A stretch of 57,596 bases of DNA from Saprospiraceae bacterium (lineage in GTDB: Bacteria > Bacteroidota > Bacteroidia > Chitinophagales > Saprospiraceae): positions 1 to 57,596 of the forward strand of contig JALQTV010000001.1 in assembly GCA_023268675.1 (NCBI GenBank), given 5' to 3'. The first letter of the stretch is position 1. Each line of letters starts with the position of its first letter. Below the pieces are notes generated by a model. The model was not told the origin of the DNA, searched no databases, and saw nothing but the letters and a program-made list of their open reading frames with translations. A program made the position numbers and the translations under genes. Positions 45,007 through 55,067 of the stretch are shown piece by piece.

Positions 45007-45453
45007 ATGACATTAGAAGAGAAAATTACTACGGATCTAAAAGAAGCCATGAAGGCTAAGGATAAAGCCGGACTAAGAGGCATTCGCGCAATCAAGGCTG
45101 CTATCCTGCTGGCTCAGACCGATGGCAGCGGAGAAGCTATGAACGAGGAAAAAGAGATCAAACTTCTCCAAAAATTAATCAAGCAGCGAAAGGATTCCCT
45201 GGAAATTTATGAAAAACAAAACCGCGAGGACCTGGCTGTACAGGAAAGAGAAGAGATCGAGGTAATCGAAAAATACCTGCCCAAGCAATTGAGTGAAGAA
45301 GAATTGACGGCAGCTTTGCAGGAAATCATAGCTCAGACAGGAGCTTCTTCAGCGAAGGATATGGGCAAAGTCATGGGCGCAGCTTCCAAAGCACTTGCAG
45401 GAAAAGCTGATGGCAAAGCCATTTCTGCTGTCGTAAAAAAATTATTAAGTTAA
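45007..45453 (+). CDS. GatB/YqeY domain-containing protein
   Basis: 148 aa. LKEAMKAKDK...LRGIRAIKAAI...EIEVIEKYLP...MGKVMG is the YqeY pattern. Confidence 0.85.
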   Translation: MTLEEKITTDLKEAMKAKDKAGLRGIRAIKAAILLAQTDGSGEAMNEEKEIKLLQKLIKQRKDSLEIYEKQNREDLAVQEREEIEVIEKYLPKQLSEEELTAALQEIIAQTGASSAKDMGKVMGAASKALAGKADGKAISAVVKKLLS

Positions 45454-45467
45454 TAAATCCCCTAACC

Positions 45468-46994
45468 ATGAATCTCGACTTTTTGTCAGAATTGGGCATC
45501 CAAGCTAAAAATGCAGGTACACATACCGGTAAATGGAGCAGCGATTCCCAAAATTACATTACTTCACATACTCCCGTAGATGGTTCCGCTATTGCGGAGG
45601 TCAGTCTCACTTCTCCGGAAGAATACGATGCTGTCGTGCAACGCGCCCAGGAGGCTTTTCTTCAGTGGCGACTGATGCCGGCTCCCAAAAGAGGCGAGAT
45701 TGTACGCCAATATGGCGAGGTCTTGCGACAGCACAAAGATGCCTTGGGCAAATTGGTTTCTTACGAAATGGGCAAGAGCTTGCAGGAAGGCTGGGGCGAA
45801 GTGCAGGAAATGATCGATATCTGTGATTTTGCTGTAGGGCTTTCCCGGCAATTGTACGGATTGAGCATGCATTCCGAACGTCCCTTGCACCGAATGTACG
45901 AACAGTGGCATCCACTGGGTATCGTGGGCGTAATTTCTGCATTCAATTTCCCCGTAGCAGTTTGGTCCTGGAATGCCATGATCGCTCTGGTCTGCGGAGA
46001 TGTGGTGATCTGGAAACCCTCTGAAAAGGCTCCGCTGTGTGGAGTGGCCTGCCAATACCTTTTCAACAAGGTGCTGGAAGAAAATAACCTGCCCGATGGC
46101 ATCAGTTCTATCATCGTAGGGGATTATAAGGTCGGCGAACTGATGACCCACGATAAGCGTCTGCCGTTGATTTCTGCTACCGGAAGTATCCGCATGGGTA
46201 AAATTGTAGGTACAGCTGTAGCGGAAAGACTGGGCAGAAGCCTGTTGGAACTGGGGGGCAACAACGCCATCATTGTGACTCCGGATGCTGACCTGAAACT
46301 GGTACTTACCGGTACAGTTTTTGGCGCCGTAGGGACCGCCGGACAGCGCTGTACAAGCACACGTCGCCTGATTGTACATCACTCACTGATGGAAACCGTC
46401 AAAAGCCAATTGGCCAAAGCTTATGGCCAGCTTCGCATCGGCGACCCGCTGGACCAAAACAACCACGTGGGACCTCTGATCGATGAATTGGCAGTACAAA
46501 ATTACCTTCATGCGTTGGAAGCGATCAAGGCTCAGGGAGGTAAAATGGTGGTGGAAGGAGGCAGACTGGAAGGACCTCAGTATCCGGGTGGCTGTTATGT
46601 GAAACCTTGTATTGCAGAGGTATCGAATGACATGGACATTGTGCAAACCGAAACTTTCGCCCCTATCCTTTATCTGATTGCTTACGATACGTTAGAGGAA
46701 GCCATCGCCTTGCAAAATGGAGTGCCTCAGGGATTGTCTTCTGCTATTATGACCAACAACCTGCGCGAGGCAGAGCGATTCTTGTCAGCTCAGGGGTCTG
46801 ATTGTGGCATCGCCAATGTCAACATCGGAACTTCTGGTGCCGAAATCGGTGGTGCTTTCGGTGGAGAGAAAGAAACCGGTGGTGGAAGGGAAAGTGGTTC
46901 GGATTCCTGGAAAGCGTACATGCGCCGACAGACCAATACCATCAACTACAGTACGGACTTGCCTCTGGCACAGGGAATCAAGTTTGATTTTTAA
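45468..46994 (+). CDS. ALDH7-type aldehyde dehydrogenase (alpha-aminoadipic semialdehyde / piperideine-6-carboxylate dehydrogenase-like)
   Basis: GEVQEMIDICDFAVGLSRQLYG, ELGGNN (Glu), GTAGQRCTSTRR (Cys) and a C-terminal WKAYMRRQT match the ALDH7 subfamily. Confidence 0.85.
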   Translation: MNLDFLSELGIQAKNAGTHTGKWSSDSQNYITSHTPVDGSAIAEVSLTSPEEYDAVVQRAQEAFLQWRLMPAPKRGEIVRQYGEVLRQHKDALGKLVSYEMGKSLQEGWGEVQEMIDICDFAVGLSRQLYGLSMHSERPLHRMYEQWHPLGIVGVISAFNFPVAVWSWNAMIALVCGDVVIWKPSEKAPLCGVACQYLFNKVLEENNLPDGISSIIVGDYKVGELMTHDKRLPLISATGSIRMGKIVGTAVAERLGRSLLELGGNNAIIVTPDADLKLVLTGTVFGAVGTAGQRCTSTRRLIVHHSLMETVKSQLAKAYGQLRIGDPLDQNNHVGPLIDELAVQNYLHALEAIKAQGGKMVVEGGRLEGPQYPGGCYVKPCIAEVSNDMDIVQTETFAPILYLIAYDTLEEAIALQNGVPQGLSSAIMTNNLREAERFLSAQGSDCGIANVNIGTSGAEIGGAFGGEKETGGGRESGSDSWKAYMRRQTNTINYSTDLPLAQGIKFDF

Positions 46995-47010
46995 ATCATT
47001 CGGATAAAAA

Positions 47011-47037
47011 AACCGGATGGGATTGCCCCATCCGGTT
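47011..47037. terminator. Bidirectional rho-independent terminator between the ALDH and S9 peptidase genes
   Basis: AACCGGATGGG-ATTGC-CCCATCCGGTT, flanked by an A-run (47005-47012) and a T-run (47036-47039). Confidence 0.75.
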
Positions 47038-47074
47038 TTCCTTTCTTCTTCATTTTTGGGCGCAAGCCCTATTG

Positions 47075-49513
47075 TCAGGGCTTTGGAAGCACCCTGTTCT
47101 TCACAAATGTATTCAACCAATTGTCCATTTCACTAAGGGTATGCAAGATAGATTCGCGCGCCTGATAGCCGTGACTTTCGTGTGGCAACATGACAAGGCG
47201 GGCATTGGCACCGTGACCTTTAAGGGCAGCATAAAAGCGCTGACTCTGAATGGGGAAGGTACCTGAATTGTTGTCTGCCTCGCCATGAATCAGAAGGATA
47301 GGCTCCTTGACTTTGTTGGCATGCATGAACGGCGACATCTGGTTGTAGATCTCAGGTGCTTCCCAGTAAGTTCGGGTTTCATTCTGGAAACCAAAAGGCG
47401 TCAAAGTTCTGTTGTAAGCACCACTGCGAGCTATGCCTGCGGCAAAAAGATCTGTATGTGCCAGCAGGTTGGCCGTCATGAATGCTCCGTAGGAATGTCC
47501 GCCCACACCTATTTTGTTGCGATCTGTAACGCCCATGCCCACCAGCTTGTCAATGGCTGCCTGAGCGTTTTGCTGCAATTGTTTGACAAAGGTTTCATTG
47601 GGTTCCTGATCGCCTTCGCCAACAATGGGCATGCTGAAGTTGTCAAAAACAGCATAACCCTGAGTAACCCAATAAACAGGTGAGCCCCAGCTCAGGCGTG
47701 TAAAGCGATAAGGAGAACCGCTGATCTGACCGGCAGCTTCCGCACTCTTGAATTCGCGGGGATAAGCCCACATAAAGGTAGGAAGCGGACCGTCTTTTTC
47801 TTTGTCGTAACCGGCAGGCAGGTAGAGTGTACCTGAAAGGGTAATGCCGTCGGCTCTTTCGTAAAGGACCACTTCTTTGCTCACTCCTTCCAAAGCTTTG
47901 TAAGGGTTTTCAAAATCCGTGATGGCTTTCAGGCGCTCATTGTTCCAGTTGGCCAGGTAATAATTGGGTACCTCTTTGATCGACTCCCTGCTCAGGATAA
48001 ACACCCCCTTGTCGGGATCCAGAATAACAGAGGGTGTGGAGTAGTAGGGAGCTTCCGAGCGCCACAGGCGGCTGCTTTGTTTCAGTTCGGTATCAAAAAT
48101 ATCCAGGAAGGGTCGGTCACCTTCAGAAGATGCCCCCTGACCTTCCAAAAAGAGGTGTTTGCCGGATTTGTCTGTCAAGAGTATCCGGTGTCCGGAAGCA
48201 TTGGTCGTCGTAACGAAACTTCCCGGGTCATTGTAGCGATCCTCACTCGATCCCTCGTGAAAAACTACTTTGCTGCCTTCGCCGCGATCCGGAGACCAGA
48301 AGCTTTCGACATTCATCCGGGTTGCTCTCCATCTCTCCCTTACGACTGCCAGTTCGCCGTTTAGCCAATCCACTCCGCTGAGTCGGTATTTCAGGCTTAT
48401 GCTCTTTTCCGGAGTACCGGAAAAAGGAGCATCCAGATGGTAGATTTGTTCACGTACTGCCATCTCCAGTTTCGGATCGCCACCGTCCAGAGCTTCTACC
48501 CAATACAGGGAAGCGGGATGGTCTGAGCGCCAGTTGACATATCTGGGGCCTTCGCGTACGGCATCAAAGCCTGTAGGGATGTTTTCTGCCAATGGCAAAA
48601 AGGCGATTTGTCTGAGAGCAAGGCCAGTGGCGGCAGCATAAACAGAAATGTCCTGGGGAAACAAATAATACGGCACCAGATAGGAATAGGGCTTGTCCAG
48701 GCGGTTGATCAGAATGTAATTTCCATCAGGTGAAATGGAAAAACCGGTGATGATGCCCGGGTCTCCAAAGGGCTGCATTTCATCGCTTGCAATATTGTAT
48801 TGATACAGCTGGGTTTGGGTATAATAATCAAAGAGTTCTTCTTCATAGCGGTTGGACAGCAAATCCTGGTAGGTTCTCACGGGAGCTTCCACGCCGGAGG
48901 ATTGCTGGATCACGGGTCCCGGAGCTACGGCCTGTGGAGTGGGTGCTGTACCTCGCCCGGAGACAATTCCCTTGAACAGAATGCGCTGATTGTCGGGAAA
49001 CCACTCTATCGGGGCACCTCGCATGGCGGCATTGACCATGGCACCTTCCAGTTTTCTGGCAGTGTTGTTCAAAACATCCAGCAACCACAACTCGATACCA
49101 CTGTCTGTGGTATGTGTGAAGGCTGCGAAATTACCGTCGGGAGACCACTGGAAATCCCCCAGTGCCGCTCCTTCGGGCAAACCGCTTACCGCTTTACTTT
49201 GCGTAGAAGCTATTTCCAGTATTTTCAACGCTACAATACGGGTAGCACGACTGGGGCCGTTGGTTGCGGGGTCTATTCGCAATCCACCGATCCGCAATTC
49301 CGGTTTGGCTAATTCTTGAATGGAAGGGTAACTGGGGCGCTGTAGCAACAAAGCCTGTTCTCCGTTGGGACTCAAAGAAAACAGTGGTGTGGGCATGGCA
49401 TCTACCAGATCTACAATAGCCTGCTGCGGAGTTTGATACCCCGACTGAGCTTGCAGGGCTGTGCCTATCGCAAGGAAGGCAAACAGCATCAAAGGTTTTA
49501 TTTTCATTGTCAT
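47075..49513 (-). CDS. S9 family serine peptidase (prolyl oligopeptidase/dipeptidyl aminopeptidase-like) with N-terminal beta-propeller
   Basis: Nucleophile elbow GGHSYGAFM, C-terminal GEADNN and HESHGY (Asp/His), and signal peptide MKIKPLMLFAFLAIGTALQAQ. Start at the ATG at 49513 or 49507. Confidence 0.9.
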   Translation of the reverse strand: MTMKIKPLMLFAFLAIGTALQAQSGYQTPQQAIVDLVDAMPTPLFSLSPNGEQALLLQRPSYPSIQELAKPELRIGGLRIDPATNGPSRATRIVALKILEIASTQSKAVSGLPEGAALGDFQWSPDGNFAAFTHTTDSGIELWLLDVLNNTARKLEGAMVNAAMRGAPIEWFPDNQRILFKGIVSGRGTAPTPQAVAPGPVIQQSSGVEAPVRTYQDLLSNRYEEELFDYYTQTQLYQYNIASDEMQPFGDPGIITGFSISPDGNYILINRLDKPYSYLVPYYLFPQDISVYAAATGLALRQIAFLPLAENIPTGFDAVREGPRYVNWRSDHPASLYWVEALDGGDPKLEMAVREQIYHLDAPFSGTPEKSISLKYRLSGVDWLNGELAVVRERWRATRMNVESFWSPDRGEGSKVVFHEGSSEDRYNDPGSFVTTTNASGHRILLTDKSGKHLFLEGQGASSEGDRPFLDIFDTELKQSSRLWRSEAPYYSTPSVILDPDKGVFILSRESIKEVPNYYLANWNNERLKAITDFENPYKALEGVSKEVVLYERADGITLSGTLYLPAGYDKEKDGPLPTFMWAYPREFKSAEAAGQISGSPYRFTRLSWGSPVYWVTQGYAVFDNFSMPIVGEGDQEPNETFVKQLQQNAQAAIDKLVGMGVTDRNKIGVGGHSYGAFMTANLLAHTDLFAAGIARSGAYNRTLTPFGFQNETRTYWEAPEIYNQMSPFMHANKVKEPILLIHGEADNNSGTFPIQSQRFYAALKGHGANARLVMLPHESHGYQARESILHTLSEMDNWLNTFVKNRVLPKP

Positions 49514-49563
49514 ACAATAATGAGTTGGTTCAGGCAATGAAAATAAAAAAAAAGAGGGACAAG

Positions 49564-50397
49564 TCACCAGGCTCTTTTCAGATCGAAGCACTTGAATCCG
49601 TCTTTGTCGAGGAGCAGCCACCCTTCAGGGATCCACAAAAAGGAAAAGGAAGATGTTGGCAGAGGAAGGTCGGCTGTTTTCGTCAGGAGGGATTGTTGGT
49701 CGTACAAATACCAGTTTGTGGTATCACAATAGAGGATTTTCTCCGGAAAAAGCTGGAAATCCCGGATTCCCGGCAGTGCAATTTTCCTGACAAATTGCCC
49801 GAATTGATCAAATACCCAAAACCCTTGTCCCGGTTCGAAGGCATAAACCAGGGTTCCTACAGCCTGAAGGTCGGTAAAAGTAGGAATGACATCGGACAGT
49901 AAGCCAAAAGCCGGACTTTCAACCAGGATTTCGCCCTCCGTGCTGAATTGCAGCAGTCGGTTGCTGATTTGGTCGATGGCCCATATTTGTTTGTGGTTGG
50001 AGGCACAAATCAGGGAAATCTGAAAGAAGCCCTTCAGATTGAAGTCTATCGACCACTGTAGATTGAGGCTGCGGTCAAGTACCTGCAGTACCTGAAATTC
50101 CGGATAATACACCATGATGGCAAAAGGGTCAAAAGGGTCTACCTTTCCAATCGACCCCAGTCGGTTTTGATTGTACCTTGCCAGTTCTCTCCCCTGCGCA
50201 TCCAGTTTGAGCAGTTCGTTGGCATCGTTGACCAGGTACAGTTGTTCCAGCCTGTCGCCATACAATTGACTTCCCTTCAGGGGTATTTCCCAGCGCAGGG
50301 TATGGGTAGTTTGTGCCTCGGGGATAAGGAAGGAAAAACAAAATAGCAGGAGCAGCAGGGATTTACGGCCTTCGGCCAAAAACTTTTCCGGTATCAT
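49564..50397 (-). CDS. Hypothetical secreted protein
   Basis: Signal-like N-terminus SLLLLLFCFSFLIPEAQ (ATG at 50397, overlapping the lpxH 3' end by 35 nt). No motif I recognise. Confidence 0.5.
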   Translation of the reverse strand: MIPEKFLAEGRKSLLLLLFCFSFLIPEAQTTHTLRWEIPLKGSQLYGDRLEQLYLVNDANELLKLDAQGRELARYNQNRLGSIGKVDPFDPFAIMVYYPEFQVLQVLDRSLNLQWSIDFNLKGFFQISLICASNHKQIWAIDQISNRLLQFSTEGEILVESPAFGLLSDVIPTFTDLQAVGTLVYAFEPGQGFWVFDQFGQFVRKIALPGIRDFQLFPEKILYCDTTNWYLYDQQSLLTKTADLPLPTSSFSFLWIPEGWLLLDKDGFKCFDLKRAW

Positions 50398-51136
50398 TGT
50401 GGAAAAATTCAATGCTGATATCGTTGCCGTCAAATACTGCATAGGAATTGCTGTACATCCATTCTCCGAGGTTGATGTATCTGCTTTTGCCGTTTTTGAG
50501 TACATAATCAATTGGAAGATGGCGATGGCCAAAGACGAAAAAATCTATGTCTTGTTTATCGAGAGTTTCGTTGCAAAATTGCACCAGCCATTCTTTGTCC
50601 GGGCCCAGGAATTCCGGAATCTCCGGATTGCCTTGCCTGCTTCTACCTGAAAAATACAGAGCCAGTGCAATGCCCAGATCCGGGTGTATGCCTGAGAAGA
50701 GGCGCTGACAAAGGCGGTTGTTGAATACTTTTTTCAGGAATTTATAGCCGTAGTCACCGGGACCCAGTCCATCTCCGTGGCCGATAAAAAAAGTCTTGCC
50801 GGACAGTTCACGTACAATGGGTTGCCGGTAAGTCGGTATGCCCAATTCTTCTTCAAAATAGCGAAACATCCACATATCGTGGTTGCCAATAAAAAAGTAA
50901 ACAGGAATGCCGCTGTCCGTCAATGCGGCCAGTTTGCCGAGGAGTCGGGTATATCCTTTGGGTACGGCGTGTCGATATTCAAACCAGAAGTCAAATACAT
51001 CGCCTACCAGATAGATGGCCTCTGCATCGGGAGCAATATTGTCCAGCCAGGCAACAATCTGCCGTTCTCGCTCGGCGCTTGAAAAGCGGACATCAATGCC
51101 CAGATGAAAATCTGAGGCAAAATAAGTTTTCTTCAT
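50363..51136 (-). CDS. lpxH: UDP-2,3-diacylglucosamine diphosphatase
   Basis: Calcineurin-like motifs FASDFHLG, LVGDVFDFWFEY, GNHD, GHGD and GHRH in LpxH order; 257 aa. Confidence 0.85.
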   Translation of the reverse strand: MKKTYFASDFHLGIDVRFSSAERERQIVAWLDNIAPDAEAIYLVGDVFDFWFEYRHAVPKGYTRLLGKLAALTDSGIPVYFFIGNHDMWMFRYFEEELGIPTYRQPIVRELSGKTFFIGHGDGLGPGDYGYKFLKKVFNNRLCQRLFSGIHPDLGIALALYFSGRSRQGNPEIPEFLGPDKEWLVQFCNETLDKQDIDFFVFGHRHLPIDYVLKNGKSRYINLGEWMYSNSYAVFDGNDISIEFFHNDTGKVFGRRP

Positions 51137-51149
51137 CTGTTGGCTGTCC

Positions 51150-51665
51150 CTACATTTTTTCCATTACAGTCCCGCATTTGCTGCAGGTGCGCAAATCTTC
51201 ACTGTCCATGAAAGCTTTCATGACAACGGGGAGCTCTTTCACGATGTCTTTCATCTGGAAACTGGCCTCGTGGAGTGGGTTGTTGCAATTTTCACAAAAC
51301 CACATCAGTTTGTCCTCTTCACCTTCCCTGCGGTGTCTTTCAATGACCAGTCCTATGGTATTGGCGGGGCGTTGGGGGGAGTGTGGGATACGGGGAGGTA
51401 GCAAAAACATTTCTCCTTCCCTTATGTGAATATCCTCGCGCTCACCGGATTCGTTGATAATTTTGAGGGTAATGTCCCCTTCCAGCTGATAAAACAACTC
51501 TTCTCCTTCCTCAAAATGGTAATCTTTGCGGCCATTGGGGCCACCTACTACCATCACGATAAAGTCCTCGTTTTCGACATATACCTGTTTGTTTCCTACC
51601 GGCGGTTTTAACAAATGCCGGTTGTCATCCACCCATTTTTGCAGATTAAATGGTTTTGCAATCAT
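51150..51665 (-). CDS. 3-hydroxyanthranilate 3,4-dioxygenase
   Basis: Cupin core FNLQKWVDDNRHLLKPPVGNK...DYHFEEGEELFYQLEG...IREGEMFLLPPRIPHSPQR plus C-terminal Cys pairs (CENC...CSKC), as in HAAO. Start moved to the ATG at 51665. Confidence 0.85.
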   Translation of the reverse strand: MIAKPFNLQKWVDDNRHLLKPPVGNKQVYVENEDFIVMVVGGPNGRKDYHFEEGEELFYQLEGDITLKIINESGEREDIHIREGEMFLLPPRIPHSPQRPANTIGLVIERHRREGEEDKLMWFCENCNNPLHEASFQMKDIVKELPVVMKAFMDSEDLRTCSKCGTVMEKM

Positions 51666-51739
51666 AGTAATGTTTTTAAAAGTTGTTACCTTATGGCTTT
51701 GAGTAAAAGTAACCAAAAACCCTCAAATCAGCTAACATA

Positions 51740-52525
51740 ATGGATATTAACCTAAAGGGCAAAAATGCGCTGGTAGGCGGGAGCAGCAAGGGCATAGGCA
51801 AGGCTTCAGCGATAGAACTGGCAGCACTGGGTGCCAACGTGACCCTGCTAGCGCGATCTAAAGAGCGATTGGAAGCTACCCTGCAGCTACTGGATACCTC
51901 TCAGGGCCAGCAACACGATTATATTGCGGTGGACTTCAGCCACCAGGATGAACTGGAGGCGGCTGTGGCTATGGCTGTCGCCAAAAAAACTTTTCACATC
52001 CTGGTCAACAATACGGGGGGGCCTCCGGCAGGACCCATCACCCAGGCGAGTAAAGAAGGTTTCCTGCAAGCCTACCACAACCACCTGCTTTGCAATCACC
52101 TGCTAAGCATTCTGCTGATTCCAGGCATGAAAAAAGCGGCTTATGGCCGCATTGTCAACATCATTTCAACCTCTGTAAAGGCACCCTTACAGGGATTGGG
52201 CGTGAGCAATACTACCCGTGGAGCAGTAGCCAGCTGGGCAAAAACCATGGCCAATGAATTGGCTGCGTTCGGCATAACCGTCAATAATGTGCTTCCGGGG
52301 GCTACTGCTACCGAGCGGCTACAGGAAATCATCGACAACAAGGCTGATAAGACAGGTGCCGATCCTGCAGAAGTGAGTGCCCACATGCAGTCCGAAATCC
52401 CTATGCAGCGTTTTGGCAAACCGGAAGAAATAGCAGCAGCGGTAGCTTTTCTGGCAACGCCGGCAGCAGCTTACATCACCGGTACCAACATCACTGTGGA
52501 TGGGGGTCGGACGCCTGTGCTGTAA
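51740..52525 (+). CDS. Atypical SDR family oxidoreductase (no YxxxK)
   Basis: GGSSKGIGKA Gly-rich motif and NNTG present. SNTTRGAV occupies the position where classical SDRs have YxxxK, and no YxxxK occurs anywhere in the protein. Confidence 0.8.
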   Translation: MDINLKGKNALVGGSSKGIGKASAIELAALGANVTLLARSKERLEATLQLLDTSQGQQHDYIAVDFSHQDELEAAVAMAVAKKTFHILVNNTGGPPAGPITQASKEGFLQAYHNHLLCNHLLSILLIPGMKKAAYGRIVNIISTSVKAPLQGLGVSNTTRGAVASWAKTMANELAAFGITVNNVLPGATATERLQEIIDNKADKTGADPAEVSAHMQSEIPMQRFGKPEEIAAAVAFLATPAAAYITGTNITVDGGRTPVL

Positions 52526-54314
52526 AATACTGATATATTTTTTTGGCTGCAGCCATCCCCACTATTGCTGACATGTCAGCGACGGATGCAGTTTTGAGTT
52601 TTTTGATGGAACCGAATTCCTGCAGTAGCTTCTCTGCTGTTTTGGCTCCTATACCCGGAATTTCGGTAAGTTCTGTTTTGGTAAAGTCGGCTGATCGCTT
52701 GTTGCGGTGAAAGGTTATGGCAAAGCGGTGTGCTTCATTGCGCAATTGCTGGATGAGTTTGAGCGATTCTGACTTTTTGCTGATGTAGAGTGGCAGGGGA
52801 TCACCGGGAAAAAAGATCTCTTCCAGGCGTTTGGCGATGCCGATGATGGTAATTTTGTCTAACAGATCGAGTTTGGTCAGGCTTTTCACAGCAGAACCCA
52901 GCTGGCCTTTTCCGCCGTCGATCACAATGAGTTGGGGCAGTTCTTCTCCTTCTTCAAGCAATCGCCGGTAACGCCGGTAAACCACCTCCTCCATGGAGGC
53001 AAAATCGTTGGGGCCTTCTACGGTCTTGATGTTGAAATGCCGGTAATCTTTTTTTGAGGGCTTGGCTTGTTTGAATACCACGCAGGAAGCAACGGGGTAG
53101 GCTCCCTGTATGTTGGAGTTGTCAAAACATTCGATGTGCAGGGGCAGGGTGTCCATCTGGAGATCCTGTTGGAGGGTTCGAAGGATGCGTTCTGCCGGTG
53201 TTTGTTTGTTGGTTTTGCTCGCGCGTTCTTTTTGCTTGAGCATCATGTGGTACTTACCATTTTTCTCTGAAAGTTCGAGAAGTTTTTTCTTGTCGCCTAT
53301 TCGGGGGATCGTCACTTTCAGGCTAGCATCGGTCATGGGTACTTCAAAAGGCAGGATCACTTCGGGTGAGATGCTGTTGAAGCGCTGGCGAAGTTCGGGA
53401 ATGACATAGGCCAGGAGATCGGCTTCTTCTTCGTCGAGGTTTTTGACCAGTTCCTGAGTATGTGCCTGGATGATGGCACCATTGACGATTTTCAGGTAAT
53501 TGACGTAGGCTTCTTTTTCGTCAGAACAAATAGAAAAGACATCCACATCCCTGATGGCTGGATTGACGACGGTAGATTTGCTCTGGTAATCTTCAAAAGC
53601 TTCCAGTTTTTCTTTGATTTGCTGCGCTTTTTCAAACTCCAGATTTTCTGCCAGTTGCTGCATTTCTTCCCTGAAATGGGCTTTTACGGCACCGAAATTA
53701 CCCTTCAGTATATTGGCTACCTGGTTGATCTTGTGCTCGTATGCTTCCGGTGTTTCCAGACCTTCACAGGGGCCCATGCAATTCTTGATATGGTATTCCA
53801 GGCAAACCTTGTACTTTTCCCGCTCGATTTGTTCGGGTGAAAGGTTGAGCTTGCAGGTGCGAAGAGGAAACAGGTGTTTGATGAGTTCCAGGATGGTTTT
53901 GAGTCTGCCCCTGGACGTATAGGGGCCAAAATAAGTAGAACCATCTCTAAAAACGCGGCGGGTGATGAATACCCGTGGGAAAGGTTCTTTTTTGATGCAG
54001 ATATAAGAATACGACTTGTCATCCTTCAGCATCACATTGTAGCGGGGCTGAAACTGCTTGATGAGTGTATTCTCGAGGAGGAGGGCATCCGCTTCGGTTT
54101 CCACGATGGTAAAATCTATCCTTTGGGCGTTTTTTACCATGGTTCGGGTGCGGAAAGCCTTGTCTTTGTTGTCCACAAAATAGGAGGACAGCCGGTTGCG
54201 CAAATTTTTGGCTTTCCCGACGTACAGAATGCTGTCTGCTTCTCCCAAAAACTTATAGACACCTGGCTGTTTGGGAATGTCAGCAGCCACGGCTTTGAAA
54301 TCGTCCCTGGTCAT
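52491..54314 (-). CDS. uvrC: Excinuclease ABC subunit C
   Basis: GIY-YIG N-terminus (GVYKFLGEADSILYVGKAKNLRNR), a UVR domain, an endonuclease V-like domain and a C-terminal (HhH)2 IPGIGAKTAEKLL; 607 aa. Confidence 0.95.
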   Translation of the reverse strand: MTRDDFKAVAADIPKQPGVYKFLGEADSILYVGKAKNLRNRLSSYFVDNKDKAFRTRTMVKNAQRIDFTIVETEADALLLENTLIKQFQPRYNVMLKDDKSYSYICIKKEPFPRVFITRRVFRDGSTYFGPYTSRGRLKTILELIKHLFPLRTCKLNLSPEQIEREKYKVCLEYHIKNCMGPCEGLETPEAYEHKINQVANILKGNFGAVKAHFREEMQQLAENLEFEKAQQIKEKLEAFEDYQSKSTVVNPAIRDVDVFSICSDEKEAYVNYLKIVNGAIIQAHTQELVKNLDEEEADLLAYVIPELRQRFNSISPEVILPFEVPMTDASLKVTIPRIGDKKKLLELSEKNGKYHMMLKQKERASKTNKQTPAERILRTLQQDLQMDTLPLHIECFDNSNIQGAYPVASCVVFKQAKPSKKDYRHFNIKTVEGPNDFASMEEVVYRRYRRLLEEGEELPQLIVIDGGKGQLGSAVKSLTKLDLLDKITIIGIAKRLEEIFFPGDPLPLYISKKSESLKLIQQLRNEAHRFAITFHRNKRSADFTKTELTEIPGIGAKTAEKLLQEFGSIKKLKTASVADMSAIVGMAAAKKIYQYFTAQASDPHPQ

Positions 54315-54366
54315 TACCCGTCATTTAATTTTCAAGGCAATATATGGATTTTTAAGGGGTGGGACA

Positions 54367-55059
54367 TCATTTGAAGGGGTGCTTGAGGAATTGCTGCAGG
54401 TCTTTATTGGATCCAAAAAGCACCAGTGTCTCTTCAGCTTCCAGCACCTGATCCGGTTTTACCACGCCGCTTGCGCGCTCGACTGTGCGGGTTTTGCCGA
54501 TCAGGCTCTTTTCTTGTGTTTTTCTGACCGTTGTCAGGATCAGTAAGTTGAAGCGATTGCGGAACTGTATTTCCATGATGGACTTGCCGATGTACTGTTC
54601 TGGCACCTTCGCTTCTATGATGCTGTAGTCGGCATCCAACTCGTAAGAATCCTCTACATTGGTCAGGCAGAGTTTTTTTGCCCAGCGCTCGGCGGTTTCC
54701 TCTTCGGGTCTGACGATTTCGCTTACACCTATGGCTTCGAGGACCCGTTCTTGCAAGGGATTGACGGCGCGACTGATGAGGCGTTTGGCATTTTTGTTTT
54801 TCAGCAGCGCTGTAATGAGAATATTGGCTCCTTGTTCTTCTCCGATGGCAACAATGACCACGTCAGTATTGTCTATGGGCAATCCGTCCACTGCCTGCTC
54901 GTCCGTGGCATCCATGCAAATGGTGTGAGTGATCTTATCTTTTAAAAGTTCCACCTTGTGCATGCTATGGTCCACGCCGATGACATCATGTCCTTCCTCT
55001 GCCAGTTTTTCCGCGAGGGAAGCACCGAAATTTCCGAGGCCTACAATGATAAAGTTCAT
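54367..55059 (-). CDS. TrkA/KtrA-type potassium uptake regulatory protein (RCK N+C)
   Basis: MNFIIVGLGNFGASLA Rossmann motif; 230 aa; adjacent to the TrkH-type gene. Confidence 0.85.
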   Translation of the reverse strand: MNFIIVGLGNFGASLAEKLAEEGHDVIGVDHSMHKVELLKDKITHTICMDATDEQAVDGLPIDNTDVVIVAIGEEQGANILITALLKNKNAKRLISRAVNPLQERVLEAIGVSEIVRPEEETAERWAKKLCLTNVEDSYELDADYSIIEAKVPEQYIGKSIMEIQFRNRFNLLILTTVRKTQEKSLIGKTRTVERASGVVKPDQVLEAEETLVLFGSNKDLQQFLKHPFK

Positions 55060-55067
55060 CTTGTATT

